Shown here: piece after piece, positions 57,030 through 64,000 of the stretch
Layout: every line of letters begins with the position of its first letter
Numbering within the stretch: position 1 is the stretch's first letter
NCBI RefSeq assembly: GCF_009914755.1
Contig: NC_060941.1
Length of the DNA stretch: 64,000 nt
Source of the DNA: the human T2T-CHM13v2.0 reference genome, Homo sapiens
Reading direction: 5' to 3' (one strand)
Translations under genes and position numbers: made by a program
The notes under the pieces: model-generated
Seen by the model: only the letters and a program-made list of their open reading frames with translations
What the model was told of the DNA's origin: nothing
Database searches by the model: none

Positions 57030-59146
57030 GATTTATAGACTGTGAAGATTTTTTCCCACTCTGTGGGTTGTCTGTTTACTCTGCTGACTGTTCCTTCTGC
57101 TGTGCAAAAGCTCTTTAGTTTAATTAGGTCCCAGCTATTTATCTTTGTTTTTGTTACATTTGCTTTTGAGTCCTTGGTCATGAAATCTTTGGCTAAGCCA
57201 ATGTCTAGAAGGGTTGTTCCAATGTTAACTTCTAGAATTTTTATACTTTCAGGTCTTAGGTTTAAGTTCTTAATCCATCTTGAATTGATTTTTGTATAAG
57301 GTGAGAGCTGAGGATCCAGTTTCATTCTCCTGCATTGGACTAGCAAATTATCCCAGCACCATTTGTTGAAAAGGGTGTCCTTTCCCCACTTTATGTTTTT
57401 GTTGGCTTTGTCAAAGATCACTTGGCTGTAAGTATTTGGATTTATTTCTGGGTTCTCTATTCTGTTCCATTGGTCTATGTGCCTACTTTTATACTAGTAC
57501 CATGCTGTTTTGGTGACTATAGCCTTACAGTATAGTTTGAAATCAGGTAGTGTGATGCCTCCAGATTTGTTCTTTTTACTTAGTCTTACTTTGGCTATGC
57601 AGGTTCTTTTTTTTGGTTCCATATGAATTTTAGAATTGTTTTGTTCTAATTCTGTGAATAATGATGGTGGTATTTTGATGGAAATTGCATTGAATTTGTA
57701 GATTGCTTTTGTCAGTATGGTCATTTTTACAATATTGATTCTACCCATCCATGAGCATGGGATGTGTTTCCTTTTGTTTGTGTTGTCTATGATTTCTTTC
57801 AGCAGTATTTTATAGTTTTCTTTATGGAGGTCTTTTGACTCCTTGGTTAGGTATATTCCTAAGTATTTTGTTTGTTTATTTATTATTTATTTATTTATTT
57901 GTTTGTTTTTGCAACTATTGTAAAAAGGGGTTGAATTCTTGATTTGATTCTCTGCTTGGTCACTGTTGGTATATAGAAGTGCTACTAATTTGTGCACATT
58001 AATCTTGTATCCAGAAACTTTGCTGAATTCTTTTATCAGTTCTAGGAGCTTTCCAGAAGAGTCCTTAGGGTTTTCAAGGTAAATGATCATATCGTCAGCA
58101 GTGACAGTTTGACTTCCTCTTTACCAATTTGGATGCCCTTTATTTCTTTCTGTTGTGTGATTGCTCTGGCTAGGACTTCCAGTACTATGTTGAAGAGGAG
58201 TAATGAGAGTGGGCCTCCTCGTCTTGTTCCAGTTCTCAGAGGGAATGCTTTCAACTTTTCCCCATTCAGTATTATATTGGCTGTGTGTTTGTTATACATG
58301 GCTTTTATTACATTAAGGTACGTCCCTTGCATGCTGATTTTGTTGAGATTTTTAATCATAAAGTGACACTGGATTGTGTAGAATGCTTTTTCTGCATCTA
58401 TTGAGATGATCACGTGATTTTTATTTTTAATTATGTTTATGTGGTGTGTCACATTTATTGACTTGCATATGTTAAACCATGCCTGCATCCCTGGTATGAA
58501 ACCCACTTGATCATGGTGGATTAGAATTAGAACAAAACAATTCTAAAATTCATATGGAACCAAAAAAAAGAACCTGCATAGCCAAAGTAAGACTAAGTAA
58601 AAAGAACAAATCTGGAGGCATCACACTACCTGATTTCAAACTATACTGTAAGGCTATAGTCACCAAAACAGCATGGTACTAGTATAAAAGTAGTCACATA
58701 GACCAATGGAACAGAATAGAGAACCCAGAAATAAATCCAAATACTTACAGCCAAGTGATCTTTGACAAAGCCAACAAAAACATAAAGTGGGGAAAGGACA
58801 CCCTTTTCAACAAATGGTGCTGGGATAATTTGCTAGTCCAATGCAGGAGAATGAAACTGGATCCTCAGCTCTCACCTTATACAAAAATCAATTCAAGATG
58901 GATTAAGAACTTAAACCTAAGACCTGAAAGTATAAAAATTCTAGAAGTTAACATTGGAACAACCCTTCTAGACATTGGCTTAGCCAAAGATTTCATGACC
59001 AAGGACTCAAAAGCAAATGTAATAAAAACAAAGATAAATAGCTGGGACCTAATTAAACTAAAGAGCTTTTGCACAGCAGAAGGAACAGTCAGCAGAGTAA
59101 ACAGACAACCCACAGAGTGGGAAAAAATCTTCACAATCTATAAATC
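57030..59146. repeat. 624-bp inverted repeat (arms 57030-57653 and 58523-59146, 869-bp spacer)
   Basis: Arms are reverse complements; ORF track shows near-identical peptides at 56804-57421(-) and 58755-59153(+). Confidence 0.97.
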
Positions 59147-59576
59147 GTTTTGATATATTGTTGGATTTGGTTAGCTAGTATTTTGTTGAGGATTTTAGTA
59201 TCTATGTTCATCAAGGGTATCGGTCTGTAGCTTCCTTTTTTGGTTATGTCTTTTCCTGGTTTTGGTATTAGGGTGATGCTGGCTTCATAGAATGAATTAG
59301 GGAGGTTCCTTCTTTCTCTATCTTGTGGAATAGTGTCAAAAGGATTGGTACCAATTCTTTTTTGAATGTCTGGTAGAATTCTGCTGTGAATCTATCTGGT
59401 CCTGGACTTTTTTTGTTGTTGGTAATTTTTAAATTACCATTTCAATTTTGCTACTTGTTATTGGTCTGCTCGGAGTATCAAATTCTTCCTGATTTAAGCT
59501 AGGAGGCTTGTATTTTTCCAGGAACTTATCAATGTCTTCTAGGTTTTCTAGTTTATGTGTGTAAAGGTGTTCATAG

Positions 59577-60035
59577 TAAGGGAGGAGACCACACCTCATA
59601 TTGTCTTATGCCCAATTTCTGCCTCCAAAGAAAGAAGAAGTAAAACCTAAAAGGCAGAAATGAAATCCACAAGCAGACAGCCTGATGCCACACCCTGGGC
59701 CTGGTAAAGATCGACCCCTGACCTAATTGGTTATGTTATCTATAGATTACAGACATTGTTTAGAAAAGCACTGTGAAAATCCCTGTCCTGTTCTATTCCG
59801 TTCTGATTACTGGTGCATGCAGCCCCCAGTCATGTAACCCATGCTTGCTCAATCAATCATGACCCTCTCACGTGGACCCCCTTAGAGTTGTGAGCCCTTA
59901 AAAGGGACAGGAATTGCTCACTCAGGGAGCTCAGTTGTTGGAGACATGAGTCTTGCTGAAGCTCCCGGCCAAATAAAGCCCTTCCTTCTTTAACTCGGTG
60001 TCTGAGGGGTTTTGTCTGCGGCTTGTCCTTCTACA
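59577..60035 (+). mobile_element. Solo LTR2/LTR2B-like (HERV-E/Harlequin)
   Basis: TAAGGGAGGAGACCAC...CTACA, 459 bp; AATAAA; 4-bp TSD atag (59573-59576, 60036-60039). Confidence 0.85.
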
Positions 60036-62724
60036 ATAGTAGCCTTGAATGATCTTTTGTATTTCAGTAGTGTCAGTTGTAATATTTCCTGTTTCATTTC
60101 TTAATGAGATTATTTGGATTTTCTCTTCCTTTCTTGGTTAATCTTGCTAATGGCCTATCAATTTTATTTATCTTTTCGAAGAACCAGCTTTTTGTTTTAT
60201 TTATCGTTTGTATTCTTTTGTTTCAATTTCATTTAGTTCTCCTCTGATCTTGGTTATTTCCTTTCTCCTGCTGGGTTTGGGTTTGGTTTGTTCTAGTTTC
60301 TCCAGTTCCTTGAGGTGTGACCTTAAATTGTCTGTGCTCTTTCAGACTTTCCTCTTAGCATCACCTTTGCTGTGTCCCAGAGGTTTTGATAAGTTGTGTC
60401 ATTATTGTCCTTCAATTCAAAGAATTTTTAAATTTCCATCTTGATTTTGTTTTTGACTCAATGCTCATTCAGGAGCAGGTTATTTAATGTCCATGTGTTT
60501 GCATGGTTTTGAAGGTTCCTTTTGGAGTTGATTTCCAGCTTCATTCCACTGTGGTCTGAGAGAGTGTTTGGTATGATTTCAATTTTCTTAAATTTATTGA
60601 GGCTCGTTTTATGGCCTAACATATGTTCTCTTTTGGAGAAAGTTCCATGCACTGTTGAATAGAATGTATATTCTGTGGTTGTCAGATGAAATGTTCTGTA
60701 TATATCTGTTAAGTCTATTTGTTCCGGGGTATAGTTTAAATCCATTGTTTCTTTGTGGACTTTCTGTCTTGATGACCTGTCTAGTGCTGTCAGTGGAGTA
60801 TTGAAGTCCCCCACTATTATTGCGTTGCTGTCTATCTCATTTCTTAGGTCTATTAGTAATTGTTTTATAAATTTGGGAGCTCCAGTGTTAGGTGCATATA
60901 TATTTAGGATTGTGATATTTTCCTGTTGGACAAGGCCTTTTACCATTATATAATGTCTCTCTTTGTCCCTTTTAACTGCTGTTGCTTTAAAGTTTGTTTT
61001 GATACAAGAATAGCTACCCCTGCTCGCTTTTGGTGTCCATTTGCATGAAATGCCTTTTTCTACCCCTTTACTTTAAGTGTATGTGAGTCCTTATGTGTTA
61101 GGTGAGTCTCCTGAAGGCAGCAGGTAGTTGATTGGTGAATTCTTATCCATTCTGTGGTTCTGCATCTTTTAAGTGGAGCATTTAGGCCATTTACATTCAC
61201 TGTTAGTATTGAAATGTGAGGTACCTTTGCAATCATTGTGCTTTGTTGCCTGTGGACTTGTTTTTTGTTTTTCTTTTTAACTTGTATTTTTGTTTTATAG
61301 GTCCTCTGTGATTTATGCCTTAAAGAGGTTCTGTTTTGATGTGTTGCCAGGATTTGTTTCAAGATGTAGAGCTCCTTTTAGCAATTCTGGTAGTGGTGGC
61401 TTGGTAATGGCGAATTCTCTCAGCATTTGTTTGTCTGAAAATGACTGTATCTTTCCTCCATATATGATGTTTAGTTTTGCTGGGTACAAAATTCTTGTCT
61501 GATAATTGTTTGTTTCAGGAGGCTGAAGATAGGGCCTCAACCCCTTCTAGCTTGTAGGGTTTCTGCTGAGAAATCTGCTGTTAATCTGATAGGTTTTCCT
61601 TTATAGGTTACCTGGTGCTTCTGTCTTGCAGCTCTTAAAATTCTTCCCCTCATCTTAACTTTAGATAACCTGATGACAATGTGCCTAGGTGAAGATCTTT
61701 TCACAATAAATTTCCCATGTTTTCTTTGTGTTTCTTGTGTTTGGATGTCTAGTTCTCTAGCAAGGCTGGGGAAATTTTCTTCAATTATTCCCCGAAATAC
61801 GTTTCCCAAGCTTTTAGAATTCTCTTCTTCCTCAGGAACACCGATTATTCTTAGGTTTGGTCATTTAACATAATCCCAGACTTCTTGGAGGCTTTTTTTG
61901 TATTTTCTTATTCTTTTTTCTTTGTCTTTGTTGGATTGGGTTAATACAAAGACCTTGTCTGTGAGCTCTGAATTTCTTTCATCTACTTGGTCAATTCTAT
62001 TGCTGAGACTTTTTAGAGCATTCTGCAATTCTAAAAGTGTGTCCAAAGTTTCCTGAATTTTTGATTTTTTTTTCTTTAAGCTATCTATTTCCTTGAATAT
62101 TTCTCCCTTCACTTCTTTTAGCATTTTTTGGATTTCCTTGCACTGGGATTTTCTCTGGTCCCTCCCTTATTAGCTCAATAACTAACCTCCTGAATTTTTT
62201 TTTTTTTTTTTGGGTAAATCGGATTTCTTCTTGGTTTGGATCCATTGCTGGTGAACTAGTGTGATTTTTGGGGAGTATTGAAGAGCCTTGTTTCATCATA
62301 TTACTGGGGTTGGTTTTCTGGTTCTTTCTCATTCTGGTAGCCTCTGTCAGAGGGAAGGTCTAGGGCTGAAGGCTGTTGTTCAGATTCTTTTGTCCCACAG
62401 GGTGATCCCTTGATATAGTACTCTCCCCATTTTCCTAAGGATGTGGCTTCCTAAGAGCTGAGCTGTAGTGATTGTTATCTCTCTTCTGGGTCCAGTCACC
62501 CAGCAAGTCTACCCGGCTCTGAGCTGGTACTGTGGTTTGTCTGCACAGAATCCTGTGATGTGAACCATCTATGGGTCTCTCACCAGTGCCTGTTCTGGTG
62601 GAGGTGGCAGAGGGTGCAACAGACTCCATGAGGGTCCTGAGCTTTGGTGGTTTAATGCTCTATTTTTGTGGTGGTTGGCCTCCTTCCAGGAGGCTGCACT
62701 TTCCAGAAAGCATCAGCTATAGTA

Positions 62725-64000
<1,276 letters not shown>

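Larger units (their letters stand above)
56035..62724 (-). mobile_element. L1PB1-like LINE-1, near full length, carrying an inverted duplication and an LTR
   Basis: 3' end ccataagttattggggtacagg...; ORF2 fragments 56804-60946; ORF1 fragments 61313-62332. Confidence 0.85.

Overview
Human (great-ape-type) genomic DNA from the Schlafen cluster on 17q12. The window holds the complete SLFN11 gene on the minus strand. Its four coding exons (41762-40694, 38326-38198, 32010-31287, 31090-30307) have canonical GT/AG junctions and join to 2706 nt, i.e. 901 aa, covering the tRNA-endonuclease core, SWAVDL linker and SF1 helicase-like domain. A CpG-island promoter lies near 51.6 kb and the 3' UTR is about 2 kb. 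A frameshifted processed UFM1 pseudogene with a TSD lies just upstream (53190-55703). Most of the rest is transposon-derived: a full-length L1PA7-like element nested in an older L1, an L1PB1, L1MA/L1MC pieces, ERV1/ERV2/MaLR LTRs and about 20 Alus. I see no convincing new protein-coding system. The most unusual signals are (1) several short-range templated duplications, including a near-perfect 624-bp inverted duplication upstream of the promoter, a 55-bp exon copy in an intron and a 165-bp direct repeat flanking an in-frame exon; (2) UUA-codon enrichment in the mRNA of a tRNA-Leu(TAA) nuclease; (3) two possible routes to truncated SLFN11 isoforms; and (4) an orphan CpG island facing the SLFN11 3' end. 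Repeat subfamily names and variant names are from memory of consensus and reference sequences, not from a search.
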